DNA of 64,000 nt, taken from NCBI GenBank assembly GCA_000004985.1, contig GG738852.1. One strand, given 5' to 3'. Origin of the DNA: Naegleria gruberi (lineage: Eukaryota). The translations under genes were made by a program, and so were the position numbers. The notes beneath the pieces are model-generated. The model was not told the DNA's origin, did not search any database, and saw nothing but the letters and a program-made list of their open reading frames with translations. Of the stretch, positions 54,079-64,000 are shown piece after piece. The stretch's first letter is position 1, and every line of letters begins with the position of its first letter.

Positions 54079-56448
54079 ATGCCTCCAGCAACAGCTGTTT
54101 CAGCAAAAACAGAATCTGTGAGGGTCTGTGTCAGATGTAGGCCATTCAACACAAGAGAAACGGAAAGGAAATCCAAAAAATGTGTGGAAATAGATAAAAA
54201 CGCAAACCAGGTTATTTTAACAAAGAATGAAAATGAACCTCCAAAACCTCCATTCACCTTTGATGCTGTTTTTGACATGGAGTAAGTAGTAATTGAAATT
54301 GGCAGAATACTTAATTAAAATAGTGCAACACAGGGTGAAGTCTTTCAAGCAACTGCAAAACCGATCGTTGAGAGCGTCATGGATGGTTATAATGGAACAG
54401 TATTTTGTTATGGTCAAACAGGAAGTGGTACGTACTATTTAATTTAATACACTAATTTACTAATTTAATATTACAGGTAAGACACACACGTAAGTTTCTA
54501 ATAGTGAATTGAGGATTTAAATGAAAACAATAGTATGGAAGGTAAACCTGAACCATTGGAATTGAGAGGTCTTATTTTTAACTCAGTTTGTAGAGTATTT
54601 GAACTTATTGATGATGCACCAAAGAATATCACATACCTTGTAAATATATCAATGATCGAAATTTACAATGAAGAAATCAGAGATTTGCTAGTTCCTAAAT
54701 CTGAAGTTGGAAAAAAGCTCGATTTGAAAGAAACAAAGGACGGTATTACACTCAATGCCTCCTCAGTGTTGGTAAAAGAATTAAAGGAGGTCAATAAGAT
54801 TTTAGCTATCGGTTCTAAAAATAGAGTTAAGGGAGAAACTAATATGAATAAGGACTCAAGTAGATCTCACTCTATTTTCATGATCACAATTGATATGTTG
54901 GACGACACCAAACAAGAGAAGAAAGGTAAATTGAAACAAGGTAAATTGAACTTGGTAGATCTTGCTGGTTCTGAAAGAGCTGAAAAAACAGGTGCCACTG
55001 GTGACAGATTGAAGGAAGGTTGTAAAATTAACTTGTCTCTCAGTGCTCTTGGTAACGTTATTTCAGCTCTCGTTGAAGGTAAAGGAAAACACGTTCCATA
55101 CAGAGATTCCAAACTTACAAGACTTTTACAAGATTCACTTGGTGGTAATACAAAAACTGTAATGGTTGCAAACTTTTCACCAGCAGATTTCAACTATGAA
55201 GAAACTTTGTCCACATTGAGATATGCTGACAGAGCCAAACATATCCAAAACAAACCAAGAATCAATGAAGATCCAAAGGATGCTCTTCTTAGACAATTAC
55301 AAGAACAAATTGAGGCTTTGAGAGCTCAATTAACACAATCACAAGCTGTCTCTGCATCTTCAATGGTGGTGGGAAGCTCAACTACCACTGTTATTGTTAA
55401 CGATGCAAATGACAAACAAATCAACTTATCTTCGGCAGCTGTTAACGAAGAGCAATTACACAAACTCAAAGAAGAAAAGGAAAAGGAGAAACAACAAATT
55501 ATCGAGGCTATGAAGCAAAAATCAGACGAAGAAAAGAAGGGTTTGGTTGAGCAACAAAAGAGAATTGAAGAAGAAAAAGCTAAAATCGAACATGAACTTA
55601 AAATTCGTCATGATGCTCTTGAGCAAGAACGAAAGAATAAGGAAAAGATTCAAAACAAGCTTATGGAGCTCCAATCCAAATTGGTGCATGGTGGTCAGCT
55701 AGAACAAGTCAATGCTGAACAAAGAGAACAAATTTTAAAGCAAAAACAAGAAATTGAAGATAAGGAACGTGTAGCTATGCAATTAAAGAGAGAAATGGAA
55801 GAACAACAAGAAAAGAATATCATGATGGAAGAAAGATACAGCAGTATTCAAGAAGAAGTTCAGGTTAAGACTAAAAAGCTCAAAAAATTGTGGTCCAAGT
55901 TTGAAGCAGCAAAAGCTGAAATTTCGGATCTCCAAAAAGAATTCCAACAAGAAAGAGAAGATTACCTGTATACTATCAGACAACTTGAAAGAGATCTAAA
56001 GTTGAGAATGAAGATTATGGAACATTTCATTCCTCCTGAAGAGGTCAAGAAGATTGAGGAGAGGGCTGTCTGGGTTGATGAAGAAGATGAATGGAAGATT
56101 CAATCAGTTTTTTTGGCTGGTAATCATCAACGAAAAGGAAGACCTATTTCAGCTTCAGGACTAAAGAGAGCTGTAGCTTACTCTGTTATTGGAAACTCTA
56201 ATCCAAGATATAAGAGTGAAAATGTTATAGACCTCTCAATGGAAATGCCAGAAAGAACAACAGAAGACTACCGTTTCGCAAACGAACAACCACAAGTCCA
56301 CACAAGCTATGAATCCCAAGACTCTAACGCATCAATGAGAAAATCGAGACCTTCTTCATCTAATCCAGCTAAAACAAGCAGGCCAAAAACAGATAAATCA
56401 GATTCTGGTCAACCTTTCCCTGCCTCCAGAGGGTTAGTGAGGAAATAA
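54079..56448 (+). CDS. KIF3: Kinesin-2 (KIF3-like, heterotrimeric kinesin-II motor subunit). Four exons: 54079-54281, 54324-54427, 54477-54489 (13-nt micro-exon), 54534-56448.
   Basis: ATG at 54079. Introns 54282-54323 (42 nt), 54428-54476 (49 nt) and 54490-54533 (44 nt) all use GTAAGT or GTACGT donors and TAG or CAG acceptors. The spliced product reads '[17 protein letters not shown]...[35 protein letters not shown]', with 'SSRSHSIF', '[11 protein letters not shown]', '[20 protein letters not shown]' and the KIF3-type neck '[21 protein letters not shown]'. Confidence 0.9.
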
Positions 56449-56490
56449 AGATTTTGTAAATACCTAATAAAATTATAATTAGATTAAAAA

Positions 56491-57747
56491 ATGAAACAAC
56501 TGTTGCTCGCGGTTGCTCTTGTTAAACCTCCCAAAAATATAGCATTTGAATACGATCCAAATCAACATGCAACCTTCTCGGATCTTGCCAAATATTTGAA
56601 TATTGCTTTCGAATTAAAAAGATTGGCATGCATCGGAGTAACCTATGTGGATAATGATAAAGATACAATCACTGTTTCCAGTGATGAAGAATGGGCTCTT
56701 GCTCTAGAAACCTCAACAACATGTGGAAATAACAAATTTGAACTTGTAATGATTACTCGAGTAAAATCCGATGATGAAAGACGAATGGAAAAGGAAAATA
56801 AGAGACAAGAAAAATTAAAAGAAAAACAAACGAAAAAACTGGAAAAGATTCAGCACAAATTGGAAAGAAAAGAAAGAAAAATTATGGACAAGATTAGTAA
56901 ACATCATGTTATGGAAGGTTTTGGAGGATCATCACCAATTGCTCTTGAAGGTACACCTCCTTCTGTTATGGTAGCAAGTCCAATACAGTTGACAAGTGGT
57001 TCTGAACCAAGTGCACCACCTCTTCCTCCAAAGCTTACTAGGAAAGTGGAAAAACTTGCCAAAAAGATGGATAAGATACAAGAACGGCTAGAAGACAAAC
57101 AAGCCAAAATGGTAAAGAGAGAAATGAAACAGAAAGCTCAAACAGAGCACAAAAATATACTCAAAGATGAAAATGAAAAGCTTGCACGAGATGATATTGA
57201 ACTATACGATGCTACCACACAAGAATTTCAACATAATTTGCCTCAGCACATACAGTACATTTACATCGATGCCAATAACATGTTGTACATTACATATGCA
57301 TTGAGAACAATAGTATTATTCAATAAGGACAAGGCTAAGGGAGAAAATCTCTTAATTTACATTGCCAAACTTTTCCAAGGTCATTTACAAGTAATGCTAG
57401 GTAGACCCAATATTCGTTTCCACATTTGCTTTGATTCCTCCACAACAAACAATGGAATGTTGAATGGAGATGACACATTTGTTGTGTCGTCAGCACAGGA
57501 TTTTGGATTTGAAATTGCAGATGATATGCTTGCTGATTTGGCAAACAAACAGAATATTGCTGGGAATGCGGAGAGTTGTTTGTTTGTTACTAGTGATCGT
57601 GGATTGAGAAAGAGACTGAAAGAAATGAATGCTCAATGTGTTGGATCAGGTCAATGGCTCAAATTTTGCTATTTTCACCTGTGTGGAGAAACAGCCAATA
57701 TAGATATAAATCAGTGGATGATGCAATTACAAAGTGAAATGCAATAA
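56491..57747 (+). CDS. Protein with an N-terminal PB1 domain (OPCA-type 'VTYVDNDKDTITVSSDEEWALAL'), a central charged coiled-coil and a C-terminal NYN/PIN-like nuclease-fold domain ('YIYIDANNMLY', 'ICFDSS', 'LFVTSDRGLRKRL')
   Basis: ATG at 56491, only 42 bp after the kinesin stop. The domain calls are motif-based. Confidence 0.6.
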   Translation: MKQLLLAVALVKPPKNIAFEYDPNQHATFSDLAKYLNIAFELKRLACIGVTYVDNDKDTITVSSDEEWALALETSTTCGNNKFELVMITRVKSDDERRMEKENKRQEKLKEKQTKKLEKIQHKLERKERKIMDKISKHHVMEGFGGSSPIALEGTPPSVMVASPIQLTSGSEPSAPPLPPKLTRKVEKLAKKMDKIQERLEDKQAKMVKREMKQKAQTEHKNILKDENEKLARDDIELYDATTQEFQHNLPQHIQYIYIDANNMLYITYALRTIVLFNKDKAKGENLLIYIAKLFQGHLQVMLGRPNIRFHICFDSSTTNNGMLNGDDTFVVSSAQDFGFEIADDMLADLANKQNIAGNAESCLFVTSDRGLRKRLKEMNAQCVGSGQWLKFCYFHLCGETANIDINQWMMQLQSEMQ

Positions 57748-57751
57748 ATAT

Positions 57752-59017
57752 TTATTTACTTCTTGATTGAGGTCTACTTGGAGGATTATTGACAGGTAAT
57801 TTAGGTGAATTTAGAGTAATGTCTTCAGTTGCCTTAACCTTACTTTCCACTACTGAAACCTTCTCTTCAATTTTGGTCATTACCTCATGTTTCAAATATT
57901 CGGCAATTTCCTTCAAATTTTCATCAGTCAATTTGGGAGCGTTTCTTTCAGCCTTTTCTCTCTCATACCTTTCACGAGCTTCATGTTCGAGACGAATACG
58001 TTCCTGTTCTTCTTCCTCGCGTTTCTTTTGCTCAGCCTCTTCCTTTGCTTTCTTTTCGTCTTCTTTCTTTTGCGTATAGGCAGCTTCTTGAAGCATGGAT
58101 GAAAGAGGATAGACACATTCAAGCATGATTGTATCCACATCCACTTGATAAAGTGATTCCCTTAATGGTTGTTCCTCCTCGAATATATATCTATACAGGT
58201 TGTAGTGTTGAACAACAGTTTTTAAAATGAAATCAATAATGACTGCAACGTCATCAATATTGAATAAAGGGATCTTGCTTCTATATTCATCTTTTCTTTG
58301 TTTTTCAACTCTAGCTCTTTCAATGGCTTGTTGTTGCTCCTCCTCTTGTCTTCTCTTTTCTTCTTCTTCCTCTTCTTTTGAGAGTTGTTTTTTCTTTGTT
58401 GAGGCTGATGAGGAAGGTTTCTTTTTCTTATCCTTTTCTTGTTTGGATTTTTCCTCTTCCAACCTTTTTTCTTCATCTATAATTTGCTTTTCAATTTCGA
58501 CCAATGTCTCTTCTGAAAGAGGCTTGCTCATTTCAAATAATGTTGTCCTTGCAAATTCTTGCATTTCAACTTCTGTTGGAAATTGAGGAGAATTATTTTC
58601 AGATTGGAGTATTCCTTTCCTTAATATTTCCAATAATTTTACAAGCTCCAATGTTTGTCTTGTTGAAAATGAATGCTCCTTACAAAATGCAATAATATTA
58701 CAAAACCAATCCAACAATATTGATGATCTTAATTTTACAAGATAATCCGTAACTCCCAACGCTTTACTAAAATGTTCCAACAAATCCACTTCATTCATTT
58801 CCAAACAACCATTAATAAACATGTAATCTGATAGTGGTACAAAATTAGGTATGACAATATCCTTTTCAAAGTGAGAAATCATCTCCTCTCGACTTGTAAA
58901 CCCTCCCATTGCCACATTTTGTTGACTATTTCCTCTCACTGTATGTGGTGCAATATTCTTAGTAGGCGATAGCAAGGATGTTACGCTCGATCGGGTACTC
59001 TTAGCTGATTGAGACAT
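57752..59017 (-). CDS. Hypothetical coiled-coil protein with Glu/Lys-rich charged blocks (possibly cilium- or flagellum-associated)
   Basis: ATG at 59015-59017. Its stop lies 4 bp from the convergent upstream gene's stop. Confidence 0.55.
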   Translation of the reverse strand: MSQSAKSTRSSVTSLLSPTKNIAPHTVRGNSQQNVAMGGFTSREEMISHFEKDIVIPNFVPLSDYMFINGCLEMNEVDLLEHFSKALGVTDYLVKLRSSILLDWFCNIIAFCKEHSFSTRQTLELVKLLEILRKGILQSENNSPQFPTEVEMQEFARTTLFEMSKPLSEETLVEIEKQIIDEEKRLEEEKSKQEKDKKKKPSSSASTKKKQLSKEEEEEEKRRQEEEQQQAIERARVEKQRKDEYRSKIPLFNIDDVAVIIDFILKTVVQHYNLYRYIFEEEQPLRESLYQVDVDTIMLECVYPLSSMLQEAAYTQKKEDEKKAKEEAEQKKREEEEQERIRLEHEARERYEREKAERNAPKLTDENLKEIAEYLKHEVMTKIEEKVSVVESKVKATEDITLNSPKLPVNNPPSRPQSRSK

Positions 59018-59162
59018 TTTTTTGTAGTTTTGCTTGGCGCCAAAAACTAAAATTAGTGTTTGTCATGAAATAAGAATATTGGTGGCCATCTATCAAACTT
59101 TCAGCAGATCGCACACCTTCAAGGAATGGATATTAAAAAATTGAATTAAAATCAAATTCTGA

Positions 59163-60290
59163 ATGTCTGCATCGGAATTGAAAAATTCTCATCACAGAAG
59201 GGATGAATCTCCTCCTTTCATTCGAATTTCAACCACACCTCCCTCACCTAACACTGCTGCTGCGGCCTATAATAATATTTTGAATCGTTCCAATTCCTCC
59301 AATAATAATAATAATCAAAATTCTAATAATGCAAGTGGTAATATTGGAGGTGAATTTGATGTTAATCATTTACACTCTCCTGAAGATCTACAACCAAAAC
59401 GGATACCTCAGGAGCATCACTTTAGAATAGATTCCAAGACGAGAAATTTACACCATCAATCGAGAGTATTTAGTCCATTAATTCCTCCAGTTTTTAGAGA
59501 GGTTTCATCATGGTCTTCGTTTATTATTCAAGCCATGTTTGGATTAGTTTCAGCATGGTTGATAGTTGATTGGATTTTATTTCCATCCTCTATGAGAGGA
59601 TATGAAAATTCGAAAGAATCTAATTTAGAACACACAACAGAGGAAGAAGAGACAAAATTGCTTCTCAGAAAATCTTTCGAATGGGTCATAATTTTTCATG
59701 TACTGATTGAAAGTTTATTGAATTGTTTAATGCCCACTCTATTAAGGTTTACACTTGCTGAGCATACATTCAGAAATTTGAAGAGCAACATTGTAAACAC
59801 GAATCAATTTTTGAGTTTTCAATACCCAAGGACAATTATACAAATTTTTCTTCGTCCATTTTGGATATTCTACTGTTTGTTGGCGATGCCAGTGGAAAGT
59901 GGAAGCCTATTAAGGATGATTGTATTTCTAATTGCATCTATCGTGGGATTTTATGATGTGCAACAGTTTTCAAGATCGGTCCTCTATCTTCAATACAAAT
60001 CGGACGAGATTTCCAAGTTTATTTATGTGGATGTTGAATATAAGGAGAATTGCAAAGAATCACCACTAAAATCAACATTAATTTTGACAACTTTACTGCC
60101 ATTACTCTTGATTGTACAAGTTTTGAGTTTACTTTCCATTAAGAATATTATAATATTTGGATTTTCTTGTGTTGCATTTATTGGTGTAGATAATTCTAAA
60201 AGTTGGCCAGAGGCTATTAGGTACAATATCAGATATCTTGCATATGGTATTTCTCAAATTGGATTGATTTGGGCTATACACCAACTCTAA
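59163..60290 (+). CDS. Hypothetical multi-pass membrane protein (~7 predicted TM helices) with an Asn-rich N-terminus
   Basis: ATG at 59163. Hydrophobic periodicity. No family recognised. Confidence 0.55.
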   Translation: MSASELKNSHHRRDESPPFIRISTTPPSPNTAAAAYNNILNRSNSSNNNNNQNSNNASGNIGGEFDVNHLHSPEDLQPKRIPQEHHFRIDSKTRNLHHQSRVFSPLIPPVFREVSSWSSFIIQAMFGLVSAWLIVDWILFPSSMRGYENSKESNLEHTTEEEETKLLLRKSFEWVIIFHVLIESLLNCLMPTLLRFTLAEHTFRNLKSNIVNTNQFLSFQYPRTIIQIFLRPFWIFYCLLAMPVESGSLLRMIVFLIASIVGFYDVQQFSRSVLYLQYKSDEISKFIYVDVEYKENCKESPLKSTLILTTLLPLLLIVQVLSLLSIKNIIIFGFSCVAFIGVDNSKSWPEAIRYNIRYLAYGISQIGLIWAIHQL

Positions 60291-60502
60291 ACCCTACTCA
60301 TACATATGTGATCTTATACACAGCTATAATTGGCCATATGCGTTAAAATATCCTCATTTAACACTGAAATAACAAATTGCTATTACGCTGCAATATTTGC
60401 CTATGTAAATTTTGTTCCTATTAACAGACCACTTTTTTACAGTCGGTATCTTATGTTAATTATCAATATTTGGAGGCTTTTCTTTAATGAGAACTTGCAT
60501 GT

Positions 60503-61570
60503 TTATTTCACTCGAATCATTTGCTTGGATGGTTCATCCAATTCCTTAGACTTGAGACGATTTGGAGTAGAATGCATTTGTATTTTTTGGAAGAGAGGAG
60601 GTAAACTGGCCTGTGACATCATGATGGCAGCACTCGATGCTGCCTGTTTCTTTTTCAATTCCAAAGTCTTTTTCTTTTTCTCTCTCTTTTCTCTTTTAGC
60701 CAATCTCATTTCACTATCTATTGATCGAATGGTGAGAGAGTTTGATGGACTCATATATTCATGAGGGGAAGCTGGAGGTGTCACAAGAATTTGCAATTCA
60801 TCCATGTCTTTTGATTCACTCACAAAACATGTAATGGAGTTTCGTTTAGAAACTTGTCTAGTATCAGAATTGATTGAATCAATTGGGACAGATTGTGACC
60901 TAGATCTAAAATTTTCCACACTCTCAACTCTTCGTATTGGTATAGATGGAGAAGGTACTGGATTGAATGAAGAAAAATCAGTTGTAGATGTACAGTGATG
61001 AGAAGGAGATACTTGATTTCCTTTTGGAGGTGGTGGAGTGGTTTGTGCTGATGAATTTTTCAGTACACTAGTCAGTAAGCTTGGTCTTTGTCGAGGAGGT
61101 GTTGAAAATAATAGTGGAGATGAATTGGAATGTGTTGGTGAGGGTGGGGAATCTTGCCTGTGCAATTTTTGATAGCTGGTGCTTTTTTTAGGAGGTGGTG
61201 AATTGGTGTTAGCCTCTTCCCGGTTGTTGGATGATGTGCTATCCATCACTAAGGATCGAGTCTTTTTGAGAGAACCTCTCCTACTTCCCAAAGATCCATT
61301 ATAATTGCTCGAGTAGAACCACACAGGAAGCTCCCTATCGAACATGTATTCGCTGCTCGTATAGAGAACCTCATCTGCATTATCATCCTCTTCATCGGGC
61401 ACTGTACTATTAGGAGGAGGAAGAGGTGTAAATGATTTCCTTAAAGAATTATTGGATGATTTTGGAGAGGATTGTTGGGAAACCATTGTTGATTGGGAAT
61501 TAGTCGATGACATTTGGTATTTATCTGCTTGGGATGACCCTTTGTTCATTACAGAATTTGAGCCGCCCAT
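60503..61570 (-). CDS. Hypothetical Ser/Pro-rich low-complexity protein with an N-terminal N-myristoylation consensus (MGGSNSV)
   Basis: ATG at 61568-61570. Gly2 and Ser6 fit the NMT substrate consensus. A basic C-terminal 'KREKREKKKK' region. Confidence 0.5.
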   Translation of the reverse strand: MGGSNSVMNKGSSQADKYQMSSTNSQSTMVSQQSSPKSSNNSLRKSFTPLPPPNSTVPDEEDDNADEVLYTSSEYMFDRELPVWFYSSNYNGSLGSRRGSLKKTRSLVMDSTSSNNREEANTNSPPPKKSTSYQKLHRQDSPPSPTHSNSSPLLFSTPPRQRPSLLTSVLKNSSAQTTPPPPKGNQVSPSHHCTSTTDFSSFNPVPSPSIPIRRVESVENFRSRSQSVPIDSINSDTRQVSKRNSITCFVSESKDMDELQILVTPPASPHEYMSPSNSLTIRSIDSEMRLAKREKREKKKKTLELKKKQAASSAAIMMSQASLPPLFQKIQMHSTPNRLKSKELDEPSKQMIRVK

Positions 61571-63133
61571 ATTTCTTAAGGATTGTTGAGAAGGTATTAT
61601 TTAGTAGCGTAGTAGCAGTTGTGAAATAATGTTATAACATGTATGTGTAGAGTTATGAATGTGAAACACACAAATAATTAGTATTGATATCAATCTTAAA
61701 CAAAGCTCCGTTTCCTACCAAAATAGATCAGCCATTCAGTGGTTAGGTTAATTGCCTTAGTGACTGTTGCTAATGGTCGCACAGTATGTGATTGTCGTGA
61801 GCTAGTATTAGGTGGGGCAGTGTTATCTTGCCAATCAATGTTGTTGCAATCTTTTTGTTTTTTCTCCTCTTGGATAGCTGTATCTTCCCAAATAAAAATG
61901 TTGGGTTTTACTGTACTGTAATCAAAAGTTTTTCAATCGTCCGCTCAACATCGCTCACCACGCAACAAAGTTTGAGGCATGATATCGATGCCTGTTGTTT
62001 GGGTGCCTTATTAAATACTTTGAACAAACAGAAATCCATTTTAGGTTGTTTAAATATGCCATTTGTTAAGGAGATCAGAGTGTTAAGAATAAGATGAACA
62101 AGTGAAAATACAATTGTCCTCAGAAAATACCGTTGATACTTTGATCATTGTCATCAAAAATCTGAAAACATTGAGGAATATTGAGGAAGACGATATTAAG
62201 GACCTGTATGAATGGAATGATGAAGGTAATCATCTTTACTGTTATCCTATTTGGGCAAGGTTTACCAATTCTTACAATGGTCCTTTGGTAAACTAAGGAT
62301 GCTTATTCCAAAAATTTTGAGTCATGTTCATGACCAAACAGCCAGTTTCAGCGACATTGTTATGTGGTCTCTACTACGTACCTAAAAAGGACATATACTA
62401 TAATGCTGCTTATGCAGTGTGCTGATGGATTTATACAATGTATAAGATGATCTTGGTTATGGACTTGGGTCGACCTTGTTAATGAGTAACCCTGGTAATT
62501 TTACAGACCAGGAGTAAGTTTACTAGTTGGAATGGATTTTTATGCTGCATAGTATCGCTAAACCTTTTCCAATAATCATTGCAACACTTAATAAATATAA
62601 ATTAGTAAAATAAGTGTTATTTAGCATGCGCTGCAGACAGTTCTTTACAAGAATACACTATTTTCTAAACATTGAATCTGTCCTACTGAACGATTTCAAA
62701 TAATTAAAAGTTGAACAGTTATTGAGATTAGCTCACTTTCTCAAAATTTCTTTCGAACAGTATTCTTCTTTATTAGATCCATTTCAATAGTTTATGAATT
62801 ATCCATTCTTTCTCACAAATACACATTCTATTATCCAGTTACCAAAACCTTTCTCAATAGATCGCATTCAAATGTCGTTCCTTTTATCTAAAGTCTTGAC
62901 AATCGTCCTCAAATGTATGAATTGGAACGTTCTAAGAGGAGACGTTATTTTTAAAGGGCCGAACTGATTTTTCTTCGTTTTTCTGTTGCCGTCTTCTAAT
63001 TCATTTTTAAAAAATTCATCATCCTATTCTACCGCGCCTCTTTCTTTGCCACCACAACAAGAAAAACGATTTTTGATTTTGGTATTGACAAGAAATTTTA
63101 ATAATAGGGAAGAGTTTTTGAAGAATATATATA

Positions 63134-64000
63134 ATGCCAGAAGAAGTTAAAAAGTCTAAAAAGCCAAGAGGTTTGTTTTATTTATATTGTTGTGATGATT
63201 CTAAAGAGAATATTTAAATCGTTAATACGCTGCTGAAATTGATGACCACATCATAATATTATTATTAATTTGGATGGAATTTTGATTATTATTTTGCGGA
63301 AAATCTACACCAATGTTTGCCCATCAATTACTTCTTATCAAATTATTGATACAATTAATTACTTACTACAACAACAAATTATCGAAAAACAATAGATTTG
63401 GCTTTTACTCAACAAAAGTTACCAGCTTGGCAACCAATCCTTTCACCTCCTTGGGTGATTATGTGTTTTGTTGTCATTACTATTGTTTTTATTCCAATAG
63501 GTGTGGCAATTCTCGTAACTACACAAAACGTACAAGAATATAGAGAAAGATACGACCAAGATTGTACTCTTGACTATACACCATCAAATCTTCCAGGTAG
63601 AGGACCATATTGTGAAAGTGTAACATCTATCACTGTTACTAAGAGAATGGAACCACCAATTTATATGTATTATAGTTTGGAAAACTTTTATCAAAACCAT
63701 CGTCGTTATACTCAATCACGTTCGGATTCTCAATTAGCTGGTGACAATACGATAACACCAACAAGTGCCAACTCTGATTGTTATCCTATTGTCTTTTATG
63801 GTCCAGATCAAGCTAACTTGACTGGTCTTTCTACAAATGCCAACATGACTTATAGTCCTTGTGGTTTGATTGCTTGGAGTATGTTCAACGATACTATCAG
63901 TTTGTATGGTCCAAATAATTCTTTGGTTTGTGATGGTCTTCGTCACTCTGAAGTTTCAAATTGTACCAAGAAGGGTATTGCTTGGTCTTCTGATGTTGAC
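63134..64000 (+). CDS. CDC50: CDC50/LEM3-family P4-ATPase (flippase) beta subunit, partial: it continues past the window end. Two exons so far (63134-63170, 63396-64000+).
   Basis: ATG at 63134 (MPEEVKKSKKPR). The intron 63171-63395 is 225 nt, from GTTTGT to CAATAG, and is phase 1. Exon 2 reads 'DLAFTQQKLPAWQPILSP...TM...YMYYSLENFYQNHRRY' (the CDC50 signature), followed by Cys- and N-glycosylation-rich ectodomain sequence. Confidence 0.85.

Noticed and set aside
1-64000. Prokaryotic-style systems (operons, CRISPR arrays, defence islands, integrons)
   Set aside because: The sequence is clearly eukaryotic nuclear DNA: spliceosomal introns with GTAAGT donors, a mitochondrially targeted Hsp60, kinesin, TFIIA, ELP1. 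No direct-repeat/spacer arrays and no bacterial gene organisation were seen.

Overview
This is a eukaryotic nuclear genomic window, not a prokaryotic one. It is AT-rich and very gene-dense, with about 38 protein-coding genes on both strands and roughly 80% of the sequence coding. Stops are almost all TAA. Introns are few and short (42-64 nt, with one of 225 nt), with GTAAGT or GTATGT donors and YAG acceptors. Many proteins carry Asn/Gln/Ser-rich low-complexity tracts.

Recognisable genes are ordinary housekeeping and cilium-associated genes:
- CMTR1-like cap 2'-O-methyltransferase with a G-patch
- a DEAD-box helicase with an RGG tail
- cyclin L/K-like
- TFIIA-gamma
- a twin-Cx9C mitochondrial protein
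- TFIIIC tau95
- two SDS22-type LRR proteins
- an IQ-motif protein
- a hormone-sensitive-lipase-like esterase
- KDEL receptor
- mitochondrial Hsp60
- queuine tRNA-ribosyltransferase
- Elongator subunit ELP1
- a ThrE/PRM10-family membrane protein
- a kinesin-2 (KIF3-like) motor
- a PB1+NYN-domain protein
- a CDC50/LEM3 P4-ATPase beta subunit that runs off the window end

No tRNA or rRNA genes, CRISPR arrays or recognisable transposons were seen.

The six-frame ORF track writes non-ATG alternative starts (TTG, GTG, CTG) as M. Several starts were therefore re-placed at the first real ATG. Several track fragments are joined across short introns.

The most unusual local structure is a diverged ~157-bp direct repeat bracketing an intronless orphan gene. 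Each repeat copy carries the 3' termini of both flanking convergent genes. Other points worth a second look are a 13-nt micro-exon encoding the kinesin P-loop, a bacterial-type Zn-ribbon mini-protein, a PB1+NYN architecture, and a reading-frame break inside an N/Q-rich gene. Adjacent genes sit very close together: 4-12 bp between convergent stops and 42-65 bp from a stop to the next ATG.

The organism looks like a compact-genome flagellated protist such as a heterolobosean amoeboflagellate. That is inference only.
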